Assembly (NCBI GenBank): GCA_051870875.1
Contig: JBJECG010000029.1
Span: 5,525-69,524 of the forward strand
From: Candidatus Aphodosoma sp.
GTDB taxonomy: Bacteria > Bacteroidota > Bacteroidia > Bacteroidales > Paludibacteraceae
DNA length: 64,000 nucleotides
Direction of reading: 5' to 3'
Shown one piece after another: positions 28,522-40,209 of the stretch. The notes beneath the pieces are model-generated. The model was not told the origin of the DNA, did no database searches, and saw only the letters and a list, made by a program, of their open reading frames with translations. The translations under genes and the position numbers were made by a program. Every line of letters begins with the position of its first letter. The first letter of the stretch is position 1.

Positions 28522-30465
28522 ATGAAAAAAATATTGATTCTGTTGATATTGTCTGTGTATTGTACAGGCTTTGCCATGTCACAAGGTCGTAGTTTGCCTA
28601 CGGTACAGCCCCAAAAGGATACTGTAAAAATTGATATACGGGTTTGGCAGATTGACGGTCGTTACGGTGAAGCTGATACTGTAATGATTGATACTGTTGT
28701 AGCGAGCTATCAGGACAATACCCCTGTCAATAATTACAGTATAGCTAATTCGTGGAATGGTAATTTGGGGAGTCCGGTAGAATCAAAAATATTTTTTGAC
28801 CGTAGTGACAATCCTTATGAAAATATGTTTGCGCGAGCTTATAGACCGTACATTATACTGCCGGAGGATGTAAGATACTACAATACACGCAAGCCTTTTT
28901 CGCAACTTGTATATCGCTCGGCATTCCCTTCACATCGTGAAGAGGACAACCTGCGAGTCATGCTGACTTTCAATGCCAACAAAAGAGTCAATGTCGGTGG
29001 ATTGTGTAATTTTATTTACGGTCGCGGACAATACCAATACCAGTCTTCACAAATGCTTACAGGTGGTTTCTGGACAACTTATGGAGGTGACCAATATCAA
29101 TTGAACGCCTCTGTAATGTTCAATTCATTCAAAAACCGTGAAAACGGCGGCATAATAGACAACAATTACATTATCAATCCTGAAGCTGTAATTGGAACAA
29201 ATACCATACAAGCCAATAATATTCCGGTAAATATGGATCAGACCCAATCCGAGTATCGTAATTTCGTATATCATTTGAACCATAGATATAATATCGGACG
29301 ATATATAGATGTCAGGCAAACCGATGATACTGCTGTCACTTCAGCTTTTCAACCTATCATTTCCATCATACATACTTTCAGGGCTGAAGATGTCCGCAGA
29401 AAATACAAGGAAACAGATTCGATACTAAATAATTTCTATTTGAACAATTATTACTCCGGACGATATTCTTCAGATTCCACAGCATATTGGTCTATACGCA
29501 ACACAATAGCGGTGTCATTGAATGAAAAATTCAATTCATTAATGAAGTTTGGTTTGGCAGCTTTTGTAGAATATGACGTAAGACACTATGGTATAGGATA
29601 TGATTCTATCACTGTACACAGGCAGTTACAGCACAATCTGAAAGTTGGAGGCTTATTGTCCAAACGAGAAGGACGGTACATCAAATATAATGTTGACGGA
29701 GAGGTATTTTTAGTCGGACCCCATATAGGTGAATTCGATGTAAAAGGGAATCTTGTCGGTTTGTTCAATATTGCCAAAGAGCCTGTAACAGTATCTGCCG
29801 GAGCGAAATTCCAGTTATATTCCACTTTCGAGGAGTATAAAGATTATTATAGCAATCATTTCCGGTGGGACAGTCTGGAATATAAGAAACAAATTTCCTT
29901 GGATATCCACGGTCGTATATCGCTTCCCAAACGCAATACTTCGCTTGGCGTACAGTTTCGTAATATTACGAACTATGTGTACCTTGACGAAGCAGCCATA
30001 CCTCAACAGTATGGTGCCAATATACAGGTTTTGGCTGTTGATCTGACAACTCAAATCAAGATGTGGCGTTTTTATCTGGATGCCAAAGCAGTGTACCAAT
30101 TAACAAGTAATCGTGACATATTACCGCTACCGGATGTAGCCTTATATGGTAATTTTTATTATAAAGATTTGTTTTTCAAAGTACTGACTGTGCAATTAGG
30201 TGTATCAGTACGTTATCACACTGCTTATTACGGAAATGTGTGGATGCCGGCCTTAGGACAATTCCATCTACAACGGGAATTGAAAGTCGGCAATTACCCA
30301 GAAATGAACGTATATGCAAATTTTCATTTGAAAACGGTGCGTTTCTTTGTTCAGTATTACCACTGGAACAAAGGTCTTTTTGGTAAGTCATACCTTTCCA
30401 TGCCAGGTTATCCAATCAACCCCGGCACTTTCCAATTCGGCCTATCCTGGAACTTCTGGAATTAA
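28522..30465 (+). CDS. putative outer-membrane porin / beta-barrel protein
   Basis: The start is moved to an internal ATG, giving the signal peptide MKKILILLILSVYCTGFAMSQ. The protein is 647 aa, rich in Y/N/G alternating beta-strand patterns, with an aromatic C-terminus GLSWNFWN. It resembles the Bacteroidota putative-porin family. Confidence 0.6.
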   Translation: MKKILILLILSVYCTGFAMSQGRSLPTVQPQKDTVKIDIRVWQIDGRYGEADTVMIDTVVASYQDNTPVNNYSIANSWNGNLGSPVESKIFFDRSDNPYENMFARAYRPYIILPEDVRYYNTRKPFSQLVYRSAFPSHREEDNLRVMLTFNANKRVNVGGLCNFIYGRGQYQYQSSQMLTGGFWTTYGGDQYQLNASVMFNSFKNRENGGIIDNNYIINPEAVIGTNTIQANNIPVNMDQTQSEYRNFVYHLNHRYNIGRYIDVRQTDDTAVTSAFQPIISIIHTFRAEDVRRKYKETDSILNNFYLNNYYSGRYSSDSTAYWSIRNTIAVSLNEKFNSLMKFGLAAFVEYDVRHYGIGYDSITVHRQLQHNLKVGGLLSKREGRYIKYNVDGEVFLVGPHIGEFDVKGNLVGLFNIAKEPVTVSAGAKFQLYSTFEEYKDYYSNHFRWDSLEYKKQISLDIHGRISLPKRNTSLGVQFRNITNYVYLDEAAIPQQYGANIQVLAVDLTTQIKMWRFYLDAKAVYQLTSNRDILPLPDVALYGNFYYKDLFFKVLTVQLGVSVRYHTAYYGNVWMPALGQFHLQRELKVGNYPEMNVYANFHLKTVRFFVQYYHWNKGLFGKSYLSMPGYPINPGTFQFGLSWNFWN

Positions 30466-30690
30466 TTGCAAACCAATCCATGATATCGGAATCATATAAT
30501 TTTGATATTTAAGACTCGGACTGGAGTTGAAAACGTACTGAAATCTGTACCGACAAGCACAAAATGCGCATTCATTTATGAACGTCAAAAACTTGGAGTA
30601 ATATTACACCGGTTATGGATTTTCACATGAAAACTTTAGAATCAATATTTGTCAATGAATAATTTTAGCACAATGTAATTTTGATCGTAA

Positions 30691-30742
30691 ACGAAAAACA
30701 AGACGGCGGAATGATAGTTTGACGTATCATTCCGCCGTCTTG
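30691..30742 (-). terminator. intrinsic terminator after ald
   Basis: 18-bp perfect stem caagacggcggaatgata / tatcattccgccgtcttg (30699-30742) with an 8-nt loop. The reverse strand continues TTTTTCGT. Confidence 0.75.
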
Positions 30743-30764
30743 TTTATGTGCAAATGTCCAGTTT

Positions 30765-31877
30765 TTATTTCAAGAATTCTTCCACTGGAGTATAAGGCAT
30801 ATTGAATGCTTCACTTACAGCCTTGAAGCAGATTTTTCCGTCAATCATATTCAAACCAGCAGCCAAACCTGCATCGTCTTTACAAGCTTTCTTCCAACCT
30901 TTGTCTGCCAACTGCAGAGCGTAGGGCAGAGTAGCGTTGGCCAATGCGAGAGTTGAAGTATAAGGCACTGCACCCGGTATGTTGGCTACGCAATAGTGAA
31001 CAATACCATCAACTTCAAAAATAGGCTCTGAGTGAGTAGTCGGATGAGATGTTTCGAAGCAACCGCCCTGGTCAATGGCAACGTCCACCATCACAGTGCC
31101 TTTCGGCATCAGCTTCAACATATCGCGGCTTACAAGGTGTGGAGTCTTTGCTCCAGGTATCAGCACAGCGCCGATTACCAAATCAACGTTTGCGAGCTCT
31201 TTTTCAATATTATATTGCGAACTGTAAAGAGTCTTTACATTCTTCGGCAACATATACTCCAACTGACGCAGACGAGGCAACGAAATATCTGTAATAGTGA
31301 CGTCAGCACCCATACCGGCAGTAATCAACGCAGCATTATAACCCACGATACCACCACCAAGAACCAACACCTTGGCAGGTTTTACGCCCGGTACTCCACC
31401 CATCAATATACCTTTACCACCCTGAGGACGCTCCAAGAAACGCGCACCCTCCTGAGCTGCCATACGACCGGCCACCTCACTCATAGGCTGCAACAGCGGA
31501 AGCATACCATTTCTGGTCACAGTTTCAAAAGCAAGACATACAGCGCGTTGCTTTATCATAGCATGAGTGAGCTCTTCCTCCGATGCAAAATGAAAATAAG
31601 CAAACACCAACTGATCTTTCTTTATCAGTGGATATTCAGGAGCAATAGGCTCCTTCACCTTATATATCATATCGGCTTTTGAGTAAACATCCTCAATAGA
31701 CGGTACAACAACAGCACCGGCTGCCACATATTCTTCATCAGAAAAACCACTACCCACACCGGCTGTACTCTGTACATATACAGTATGGCCATGTTTTACA
31801 AACTCACGAACACCTCCGGGCGTTGCACCTACACGATTTTCGTTGTTCTTGATTTCTTTTGGAATTCCAATAATCAT
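30765..31877 (-). CDS. ald: alanine dehydrogenase
   Basis: 370 aa: MIIGIPKEIKNNENRVG and an NAD-binding VLVLGGGIVGYNAA segment, a canonical Ald pattern. Confidence 0.9.
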   Translation of the reverse strand: MIIGIPKEIKNNENRVGATPGGVREFVKHGHTVYVQSTAGVGSGFSDEEYVAAGAVVVPSIEDVYSKADMIYKVKEPIAPEYPLIKKDQLVFAYFHFASEEELTHAMIKQRAVCLAFETVTRNGMLPLLQPMSEVAGRMAAQEGARFLERPQGGKGILMGGVPGVKPAKVLVLGGGIVGYNAALITAGMGADVTITDISLPRLRQLEYMLPKNVKTLYSSQYNIEKELANVDLVIGAVLIPGAKTPHLVSRDMLKLMPKGTVMVDVAIDQGGCFETSHPTTHSEPIFEVDGIVHYCVANIPGAVPYTSTLALANATLPYALQLADKGWKKACKDDAGLAAGLNMIDGKICFKAVSEAFNMPYTPVEEFLK

Positions 31878-31950
31878 GATAATGTTGTTTTTATTGTTTA
31901 TTTGTATATTGTTTATTCAGTGGATTGACTGATTTTCAAAACCACTACGA

Positions 31951-31958
31951 CAAAGGTA
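31951..31958 (-). promoter_or_regulatory. candidate -7 promoter box for ald
   Basis: Plus-strand CAAAGGTA, 74 nt upstream of the ATG at 31877. Confidence 0.45.
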
Positions 31959-32150
31959 TAATAAATCATTCGATTAATACTCGTTATACACTATTTTTTT
32001 TTATGTTTTAGAACTATTTTTTGGCCAAACAGATAACATGTCTGAAAACGTTCACTTGTTAATTTGATATATAATATATATGGTTTATAACTAACATTTT
32101 AGATAAAATATGCTATTACGGTACAAATAAAACCTATTACAAATCGATAT

Positions 32151-32198
32151 AAAAAACAGACAGCTCTATTTGTATTTTATTCGAAATAGGCCTGTCTG
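32151..32198 (-). terminator. intrinsic terminator after valS
   Basis: cagacag...ctattt / loop / aaatag...ctgtctg composite stem. The reverse strand ends in TTTTTT (A6 at 32151-32156 on the plus strand). Confidence 0.65.
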
Positions 32199-32296
32199 CT
32201 TTTGGAAAGAACAATTTATGCATCGGACACATGTTGTGCCGTTTTCAATGCTAACCAACTTCAGGTGTAATAAATATATACAAAATCGCAAAATGT

Positions 32297-34921
32297 TTAG
32301 TGATGTTGCAGCTTGTTTATATTTTCCTCCAATGACTTTATTTTGCTCTCGGCATCAGCCTGTTTTTTGCGTTCGTTGGCCACAATTTCAGGCTTAGCAT
32401 TGTTTACAAAACGCTCGTTACCAAGCTTTTTCATCACCGAAGCAAGAAATCCCCGCAAATATTCCAACTCAGATCTCATTTTAGATATTTCTTCTTCCGT
32501 ATTGATGTATCTGGTCATCGGAATAGCATACTCTGTAGTTCCAACCATATAAGATACAACAGCCGCTTCTTCTTGGCGTGAATGGATGACCGAAAGGTTG
32601 CTCAATTTCATGATTACCGGATTATAAGCATCATTGTGTTCGCCTTTTGTCACAAGCAATTCCAATTGCTCCTTGTTCGGGATATTCTTCGACAAACGGA
32701 TAGTACGCACACCGGCTATTATATTTTTGACAATTTCAAACTCAGCAACAATGTTGTTTTCGATCTTGTGCCGTTGGGGTAATTGTGCTGTCATTATACT
32801 TTCTCCATCTTTACGTTCGCGAAGTATATGCCATATCTCTTCTGTAATGAACGGCATAAACGGGTGGAGTAGCAGAGTCAGTTCCTCGAAAAAACCGATG
32901 GTTGTATCATAAGTCTGTTTGTCTATAGGTTGAAGGTAAGCCGGCTTAACCATTTCAAGATACCACGATGAAAACTCGTCCCAGAACAGTTTGTACACCG
33001 TCATCAATGCCTCACTGATACGGTATTTCGAGAAATTATCGTTGATCTCTTCCATCGCACACGACAACTTGGCATTAAACCAGTCGATTGCTATCCGTGC
33101 ACTTTCCGGCTGAAGCATATTCTTCACCTCAAAGTTCTTAACCAGACGCAGTGCATTCCATATCTTATTGTTGAAATTACGCCCTTGTTCGCATAATGTT
33201 TCATCGAAAAGAATGTCATTACCAGCTGGTGCAGAAAGTATCATACCCATACGAACGCCATCAGCTCCATATTTATCAATCAATTCGACAGGATCCGGTG
33301 AATTGCCCAAAGATTTGGACATCTTACGGCCAATTTTATCCCGCACAATTCCCGTGAAATAGACATTGCGGAATGGTTTTTCTTTTTTGTATTCATATCC
33401 TGCCATAATCATACGGGCAACCCAGAAGAAAATAATATCCGGAGCTGTCACAAGATCGGCTGTAGGGTAATAATAATCAATTTCTTGATTACCCGGATTA
33501 TTAATGCCATCAAAAAGAGATATAGGCCACAACCATGAAGAAAACCATGTATCAAGACAATCTTCATCCTGACGAAGGTCCTGGATAGTCAGAGCCTTGT
33601 TTCCTGTCTTGTCAATGGCTTGTCTCAAAGCATCTTCCGGAGTTTCGGCAACAACATAACCTTCATTATCCGGCAAATAATACGCCGGTATACGATGCCC
33701 CCACCACAGTTGACGGCTTATGCACCAATCCTTTATGTTCTCCAGCCAATGACGATAGATATTTTTATATCTCGCAGGGTGGAATTTTATATCGTCATTC
33801 ATCACCGGATCCAAAGCTATTTTAGCCATGTGTTCCATTTTCAAAAACCACTGCATCGACAGTTTCGGCTCAATTACCACATTCGTACGCTCTGAATAAC
33901 CCACCTTATTCACATAATCTTCTATCTTCTCAATCAATCCGGCAGTCTGCAAATCTTCAACTATCTGTTTGCGTACATCAAAACGATCCATACCACAATA
34001 CATGCCAGCAGACTTGCTTATTGTGCCATTGTCATTAAATATATCTATACTCTGCAAGTGATATTTCTCACCTAACATATAGTCGTTTACATCATGAGCA
34101 GGAGTCACTTTCAGACAACCGGTACCAAATTCCATGTCTACGTATTCATCTTCGATCACAGGAATTTCACGGCCAACAAGAGGAACAATTACCCGTTTGC
34201 CGTGCAAATACTTATTTTTCTCATCGTTAGGGTTGATGCACATAGCAGTATCTCCCATAATGGTTTCCGGACGGGTGGTAGCTACAATGGCATAACAATC
34301 TTCGCCTACTATCTTATATCTAAGATAATAAAGTTTACCCTGTTGTTCTTTGAAAACGACCTCCTCATCAGATATTGCTGTAAGAGCCTTCGGATCCCAA
34401 TTGACCATACGTACACCACGATAGATCAAACCCTTACGATATAAATCGCAAAAGACCTTAATTACCGAAGAAGAACGGATATCGTCTTTTGTAAATGCTA
34501 TACGATCCCAATCACATGAGGCTCCAAGACGACGCAACTGTTTGAGAATGATACCCCCATGTTCATTAGTCCAATCCCATGCATATTTAAGAAACTCGTC
34601 ACGAGAAATGTCGGTTTTCTTTATTCCTTGCTGAGCCAATTTGTTTACAACTTTTGCTTCCGTAGCAATTGAAGCGTGGTCGGTACCAGGTACCCAGCAA
34701 GCATTGTATCCAATCATGCGAGCGCGACGCACCAATATATCCTGCAATGTGTTATTTAGCATGTGGCCCATGTGCAATACACCGGTAACATTAGGGGGAG
34801 GGATAACCACTGTATATGGTTTACGCCCATCGGGCTTACTCGAGAATAGTTTGTTGTCAAGCCAATATTGATACCATTTTGACTCTATTTCTTGAGGTGT
34901 ATATTTACTGCTGATTTCCAT
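32297..34921 (-). CDS. valS: valine--tRNA ligase
   Basis: 874 aa. Class I HIGH motif ([11 protein letters not shown]), KMSKS, and a coiled-coil C-terminus. Confidence 0.95.
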   Translation of the reverse strand: MEISSKYTPQEIESKWYQYWLDNKLFSSKPDGRKPYTVVIPPPNVTGVLHMGHMLNNTLQDILVRRARMIGYNACWVPGTDHASIATEAKVVNKLAQQGIKKTDISRDEFLKYAWDWTNEHGGIILKQLRRLGASCDWDRIAFTKDDIRSSSVIKVFCDLYRKGLIYRGVRMVNWDPKALTAISDEEVVFKEQQGKLYYLRYKIVGEDCYAIVATTRPETIMGDTAMCINPNDEKNKYLHGKRVIVPLVGREIPVIEDEYVDMEFGTGCLKVTPAHDVNDYMLGEKYHLQSIDIFNDNGTISKSAGMYCGMDRFDVRKQIVEDLQTAGLIEKIEDYVNKVGYSERTNVVIEPKLSMQWFLKMEHMAKIALDPVMNDDIKFHPARYKNIYRHWLENIKDWCISRQLWWGHRIPAYYLPDNEGYVVAETPEDALRQAIDKTGNKALTIQDLRQDEDCLDTWFSSWLWPISLFDGINNPGNQEIDYYYPTADLVTAPDIIFFWVARMIMAGYEYKKEKPFRNVYFTGIVRDKIGRKMSKSLGNSPDPVELIDKYGADGVRMGMILSAPAGNDILFDETLCEQGRNFNNKIWNALRLVKNFEVKNMLQPESARIAIDWFNAKLSCAMEEINDNFSKYRISEALMTVYKLFWDEFSSWYLEMVKPAYLQPIDKQTYDTTIGFFEELTLLLHPFMPFITEEIWHILRERKDGESIMTAQLPQRHKIENNIVAEFEIVKNIIAGVRTIRLSKNIPNKEQLELLVTKGEHNDAYNPVIMKLSNLSVIHSRQEEAAVVSYMVGTTEYAIPMTRYINTEEEISKMRSELEYLRGFLASVMKKLGNERFVNNAKPEIVANERKKQADAESKIKSLEENINKLQHH

Positions 34922-35455
34922 GATATATAATAATTTAGCCGAAAAATTAAGATAAATGATTCTTGAAGTTAATCAATCAACCCTCACAATTAGTCGCCAA
35001 CACACTGTTAAAATAAAAAAGAAAGTAAAGTAATGCCATTTTCCATTCAGCATCCGCAAAAAACAGATAATATTTTTAGATTGGCAACAAAAGCAAAAAG
35101 AAAACAGGTGCAGTCCTTTTTCTCTCACAGAATTCATGAATAGCAATATCAATCAGTACGTCTTTATCAGATATGTATCGGTGCACACTGTTATAATGAC
35201 AAGTCTTACGATCAATTACCAGCGAAGAAAAATGCTAAAGAAACAAGTCTGTTTTATCTTTGTCTATACTAAGAAAATTTTCATATATTAAATATATAAC
35301 ATTTGTTATCTCAAACATTATATTATAATTCAAGCTAATTGATCCTTAATCACCTTCTTCTGTTGTTTGACATTAGTAAGTATCACATTAACTGCAAACA
35401 AAAGGCAAATATTTACAAAACCAACCGTTTGTACTATTATAATAAAACGAATCAA

Positions 35456-35842
35456 TCAATGAACAGCTACTATATCATCGACAATAAATTCACTAACTCC
35501 GCGCCAGAAAATCGGAGCCAGGTATTCTTTATAATGCAACTCAACTGTTCTGCCTGAACAGTGCATCAACGAATCAGCCAATTGCTTATTGGCCACAGAG
35601 AACTGGAATTCATAATTTTGAATAACACCATTATTTGAGGTAACGCCTTTTGTTTGTCCTCTGAAACCGGATTGAATGAGTTTGCCTTCATAAGTTTTGA
35701 AAACATACCCTTTATATACAATATAGTTTAGATCACCAGCCTTGACACCTTCACCAAATACAAAATAATACCTGAAATAGAATGCAATAGAAAGTATAGC
35801 TACAACAACTAACGATGATATCCAAATAATTTTACGTCTCAT
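35456..35842 (-). CDS. hypothetical N-terminally membrane-anchored protein
   Basis: The start is moved to the internal ATG (35840-35842), giving MRRKIIWISSLVVVAILSIAFYF. The -7 box at 35897-35904 lies downstream of the longer ORF-track start. I recognise no family. Confidence 0.5.
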   Translation of the reverse strand: MRRKIIWISSLVVVAILSIAFYFRYYFVFGEGVKAGDLNYIVYKGYVFKTYEGKLIQSGFRGQTKGVTSNNGVIQNYEFQFSVANKQLADSLMHCSGRTVELHYKEYLAPIFWRGVSEFIVDDIVAVH

Positions 35843-35896
35843 ATTATACTGATATTTGATTAATCTTGTATGTAAAAATACCACAAAAGCACCTTG

Positions 35897-35904
35897 CAAA
35901 GATA
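35897..35904 (-). promoter_or_regulatory. candidate -7 promoter box for the 35456-35842 gene
   Basis: Plus-strand CAAAGATA, 55 nt upstream of ATG 35842. Confidence 0.4.
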
Positions 35905-36142
35905 CGAATTTTATCCGTATCTTTGTAATAATCATATTAAAATATTTGCTGCTATATATAATGTGGTTTAATATTAATGGTTTGAGCTGCTAAATATCTA
36001 AATAAACCACATATCAATATTTTGTGCCATTTTTAGTTATAATCATGATTATGATAAATAAAGTGTATGCATAAGCAAACTTTAATCTTTTTCTTAGTAA
36101 TCGCGTATATATACAATGTGTGGGATAGATAACCCACAATCC

Positions 36143-36198
36143 AAATAAAAAGTAACTCTAAAAGTTTTCCTCTTTTCAAGATTCAACTTTAGAGTTAC
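36143..36198 (-). terminator. intrinsic terminator after the TPR gene
   Basis: gtaactctaaa...tttagagttac stem (36152-36198) with a large loop. The reverse strand continues TTTTTATTT. Confidence 0.55.
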
Positions 36199-36225
36199 CT
36201 AAAACACAATTTAAATATTTATTTT

Positions 36226-37467
36226 TTATCCGTTGATACGTTTTACAATATCGTTGTATTTTTGCTGATATGACGGATCATCATCGGAGAAACGATAATA
36301 CAAGCCGCGAAGAATTTTCATTGCTTCAATATCATCGGCATTAATTTCAATGGCTTTCTCAAAAAAAGGAATCGCCTCCTTATAGATTTTGTTCACTTCT
36401 TCCATTGCTGCATCCAGTTGCTTAAAGTCGCGTATACTGTTAGCCTCACCTTCAGCTTTAAATGCCTTATTGTAAATAAGACGACCTTTGTTGACCCAAG
36501 CATCTGCCATTTGTGGATTGATTGACAATGCCCTATCGAAATTTTCCATTGCGCCTTCATAATCTTCCTTAAGTTCCAACATCGACCCTTTTACATTATA
36601 AAGTTGAGGATTTCCAGGGTCTTTTTCTATAGCTTTATTCAGATATTCAGTGGCCTTCTCAGGTTCACCTCCATATACATAATAGTTGATAAGGTTACCG
36701 AGATAATAGAATTCCTGAGGGTATTTTTCAACACCTTCCTGTAGTGTTGCAATATAGGAAGCGGTGTCTTTTTCTGCCTGATATAGCTGACACAAAACTT
36801 GAAGAACGGTATTTCCTTTATGTCCGAATGCTTTGAGATCGTTGTACATTCTGATAGCCTGTTGATTCATATCTCCAGCCCATGCACTTTGTGCAGCATA
36901 CATTTTAATGTCGTAATACGTGCTGTCTTTTACAGGAGCATTTTTATCATTCTCAAACAAAGGCATATCCACAATATTGACATGAGTTTCAAAACCTTTG
37001 ATGGCACTCTCCCACTCCTTGTTCTCAAATTTTTTCACACCGTAATTTACAAGCATCATTTTACGGTAAATATTGAGCATAGAGGCCTTAATTTTGTTTG
37101 TGAATTTAGGCTTAACTTTCCCTTTTGCATCAGGACGAAGATCCATTTCATAAGCTTTGGTATAATATGCAACGGCTTTCAGTGCATCTTCACCCATAAC
37201 TTCATCACTACCGATTCCGGTTTGGACTTTAAGAAATTCGGCATCGGCCGCTTTTTCATATACGAGCCCTGCCACATACCATGTATTGGTCAGATCTTTG
37301 GTTTCATCATTGGCCAGAGCTGCCTGAATCATGTCTTTTGCTGCATTGTAATCAGGATTGTCCACTGACAATGCTTTGTTTTTAGCTCCATTGACATTTG
37401 CTTTCTGAGCAAATCCAGTTACCAAAAACGCCAAGAATAACACATTAATTAAGAGAAAACGTTTCAT
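36226..37467 (-). CDS. tetratricopeptide repeat (TPR) protein, secreted
   Basis: 413 aa. Signal peptide MKRFLLINVLFLAFLVTGFAQ, followed by repeated A..Y...A......P....A..N.G TPR-like units. Confidence 0.8.
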   Translation of the reverse strand: MKRFLLINVLFLAFLVTGFAQKANVNGAKNKALSVDNPDYNAAKDMIQAALANDETKDLTNTWYVAGLVYEKAADAEFLKVQTGIGSDEVMGEDALKAVAYYTKAYEMDLRPDAKGKVKPKFTNKIKASMLNIYRKMMLVNYGVKKFENKEWESAIKGFETHVNIVDMPLFENDKNAPVKDSTYYDIKMYAAQSAWAGDMNQQAIRMYNDLKAFGHKGNTVLQVLCQLYQAEKDTASYIATLQEGVEKYPQEFYYLGNLINYYVYGGEPEKATEYLNKAIEKDPGNPQLYNVKGSMLELKEDYEGAMENFDRALSINPQMADAWVNKGRLIYNKAFKAEGEANSIRDFKQLDAAMEEVNKIYKEAIPFFEKAIEINADDIEAMKILRGLYYRFSDDDPSYQQKYNDIVKRING

Positions 37468-37531
37468 GATAATAAATGATTGTTTTGTTTATTTGTAATG
37501 ATATTATTTATTTGTATTCAAAATACGCAAA

Positions 37532-40060
37532 TCAAGCATTGTCATTACCTCCATCAATAAATTCGTCAGACAACCTTCCGGCATTCAAGTCTTCACCATC
37601 TTCAGTTTCGGTCTGTACCTTACATACAGATGCTATTTCATCGTTTCTTTTTTCGAGATTTATAAGACGCACTCCTTGAGCGGCGCGACCTATTATACCG
37701 AGATCCGAGACTTTCATACGAATAGTGATACCTGACTTGTTGATTATCATAAGGTCATTGTCGTCATTTACGGCCTTTACGGCAACCAATTTACCTGTCT
37801 TTTCTGTAATATTGATGGTTTTGACGCCCTTGCCTCCGCGATTAGTAATACGATAATCTTCCAAATCAGATCGTTTGCCATACCCAAGTTCACTAACAAC
37901 CAAGACATTATCAGAAGAACCTTTGGGTATATTTATCATACCGATTACTTCATCCGTAGGATCATCCTCATCCAAAGCCATGCCACGCACCCCAGTTGCG
38001 CTACGACCCATTTCACGGACTTTATTTTCATTGAAACGGATTGCGCGACCATTACGATTGGCAATAAGTATCTCATCATCGCCATTGGTCAGACGCACCT
38101 GTATAACCTGATCATCTTCACGTATAGTAATTGCGTTGACACCATTCTGACGAGGACGAGAATATGCTTCCAATGCTGTTTTCTTAATAATACCCTGCTT
38201 AGTACAAAAGACAAGAAAATGATTCCTGTTATATTCAGGATCTTGCAATTGCTTTATCCGAATAAATGCGTTTACTTTATCACCTTGGTCAATATTCAGC
38301 ATATTCTGAATGGCACGTCCCTTACTCATCTTGTTGCCTTCCGGAATTTGATATACTTTCAACCAATAACATTTACCCCTTTGGGTAAAAAACAGCATAG
38401 TAGCATGCATTGATGCCGGATATATGAACTCTATAAAGTCTTCGTCACGCGAGCTACTGCCCTTAGACCCGACACCTCCGCGGTTTTGAGCCTTGAAATC
38501 TGCCAAGGGCGTACGTTTGATATACCCCATGTGTGAAATGGTAATGATCATTTCATCATCAGCATAAAAATCTTCGGGGTTAAATTCTTCGCTTGCATAG
38601 ATAATTTCGGTACGACGTTCATCACCGTATTTGTCTTTCAGTTCGATAAGTTCGTTTTTGATGATTTCCATTCGACGTTCTATACGATTGAGGATGTCGT
38701 TCAAATCCTGGATTCTAAGCAAGAGATCTTCATACTCAGCCCGAAGCTTGTCTTGTTCCATGCCGGTAAGTTGCCTCAAACGCATTTCAACTATGTAGGC
38801 AGCTTGACGTTCGGAAAGAGAAAAACGCTCTATGAGCCGGATTTTAGCTTCATCAGGAGTCTTTGAATCACGGATTATGGCAATAGCTTCATCCAGATTG
38901 TCAAGAATGATCATACAGCCCTGAAGCAATTCGGCACGTTCTTCCGCTTTTTTCAGTTCAAATCTTGTACGGCGTGTAACCACTTCGTGCCGATGTTCAA
39001 CGAAACAGTGGATAAGATCTTTAAGATTAAGAAGTTGTGGTCTGCCGTCAACTAATGCTATATTATTGACACTGAATGAAGATTGCAAAGCCGTCAACTT
39101 AAAAAGTTTGTTGAGTATGACGTTGGCATTACCATCGCGTTTCACGTCTATGACAATACGCATACCCTGCCGGTCCGATTCATCGTTGACGTTGGATATG
39201 CCCTCGATTTTTTTCTCTATGGCCAGATCAGCAATACTTTTAATAAGTTCAGCTTTGTTGACCATATAAGGTATTTCGGAAATGATAATTTTATCGTTCT
39301 CCTTTTCATTGCTTTCTATCTCAGCTTTAGAACGGATCATGATACGTCCACGTCCGGTTTCAAAAGCCTCCTTCACACCAGCATAGCCATATATATAACC
39401 ACCTGTGGGAAAATCCGGGGCTTTTATATATTGCATCAATCCTGGTATGTCAATATCAGGATTATCTATATAAGCGACAATAGCATCAACAGTTTCAGAC
39501 AAGTTGTGTGGAGCCATATTAGTGGCCATACCTACAGCAATACCAGAAGATCCATTGACCAGAAGATTCGGAAAGCGAGTAGGAAGGACAACAGGTTCTT
39601 TAAGAGTTTCATCGAAGTTAGGGGTAAAATTGACCGTATCCTTATCGATGTCCTTCAACATCTCTTCTGCAATTTTCTGCAACCTTACTTCAGTATAACG
39701 CATAGCAGCAGGGCCATCACCATCAACCGAGCCGAAATTTCCCTGTGGGTCAACCAAAGGATAACGCAATGACCACGCCTGTGCCATACGCACCAGCGTA
39801 CCGTAAATAGAAGAATCGCCATGAGGGTGATACTTACCCATAACTTCACCTACTATACGAGCTGATTTCTTGAACGGTTTATCATTGGTGTTTCCCAATT
39901 CATTCATGCCGAAAAGAACACGACGATGCACCGGTTTGAATCCATCCCTGACATCAGGAAGGGCACGTGCAACGATAACAGACATCGAATAATCAATATA
40001 CGCCTGACGCATCTGATCCTCAACGTTTATATGTATGATCCTCTCATCATTATCTACCAT
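37532..40060 (-). CDS. gyrA: DNA gyrase subunit A
   Basis: YIDYSMSVIVARALPDVRDGFKPVHRR, the active-site AAMRYTE, and a C-terminal beta-pinwheel with an acidic tail. The start is moved to the ATG at 40058-40060 (MVDNDERII...). Confidence 0.95.
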   Translation of the reverse strand: MVDNDERIIHINVEDQMRQAYIDYSMSVIVARALPDVRDGFKPVHRRVLFGMNELGNTNDKPFKKSARIVGEVMGKYHPHGDSSIYGTLVRMAQAWSLRYPLVDPQGNFGSVDGDGPAAMRYTEVRLQKIAEEMLKDIDKDTVNFTPNFDETLKEPVVLPTRFPNLLVNGSSGIAVGMATNMAPHNLSETVDAIVAYIDNPDIDIPGLMQYIKAPDFPTGGYIYGYAGVKEAFETGRGRIMIRSKAEIESNEKENDKIIISEIPYMVNKAELIKSIADLAIEKKIEGISNVNDESDRQGMRIVIDVKRDGNANVILNKLFKLTALQSSFSVNNIALVDGRPQLLNLKDLIHCFVEHRHEVVTRRTRFELKKAEERAELLQGCMIILDNLDEAIAIIRDSKTPDEAKIRLIERFSLSERQAAYIVEMRLRQLTGMEQDKLRAEYEDLLLRIQDLNDILNRIERRMEIIKNELIELKDKYGDERRTEIIYASEEFNPEDFYADDEMIITISHMGYIKRTPLADFKAQNRGGVGSKGSSSRDEDFIEFIYPASMHATMLFFTQRGKCYWLKVYQIPEGNKMSKGRAIQNMLNIDQGDKVNAFIRIKQLQDPEYNRNHFLVFCTKQGIIKKTALEAYSRPRQNGVNAITIREDDQVIQVRLTNGDDEILIANRNGRAIRFNENKVREMGRSATGVRGMALDEDDPTDEVIGMINIPKGSSDNVLVVSELGYGKRSDLEDYRITNRGGKGVKTINITEKTGKLVAVKAVNDDNDLMIINKSGITIRMKVSDLGIIGRAAQGVRLINLEKRNDEIASVCKVQTETEDGEDLNAGRLSDEFIDGGNDNA

Positions 40061-40209
40061 AGTAATTATATTAATGTAATTATTGTATAAAAAATTTGAT
40101 TTATCCATTGACAAAATCGAGTGTAAAGGTACTATTTTTTTTTCAATCACACAATGTGCCTTTGCTGCTCTTTACCTCAAATATAATATGGCGTATATTG
40201 AGGTCTGTT

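Noticed and set aside
31032-31682. 216-aa ORF antisense to ald. Similar long antisense or alternative-frame ORFs occur at 2871-3440, 9664-10248, 9918-10460, 10894-11397, 16003-16545, 36799-37368, 39083-39772, 44891-45394, 45045-45611 and 51938-52480.
   Set aside because: Each lies entirely inside a confidently identified gene on the other strand or in another frame, and none has a recognisable motif. They are treated as shadow ORFs.
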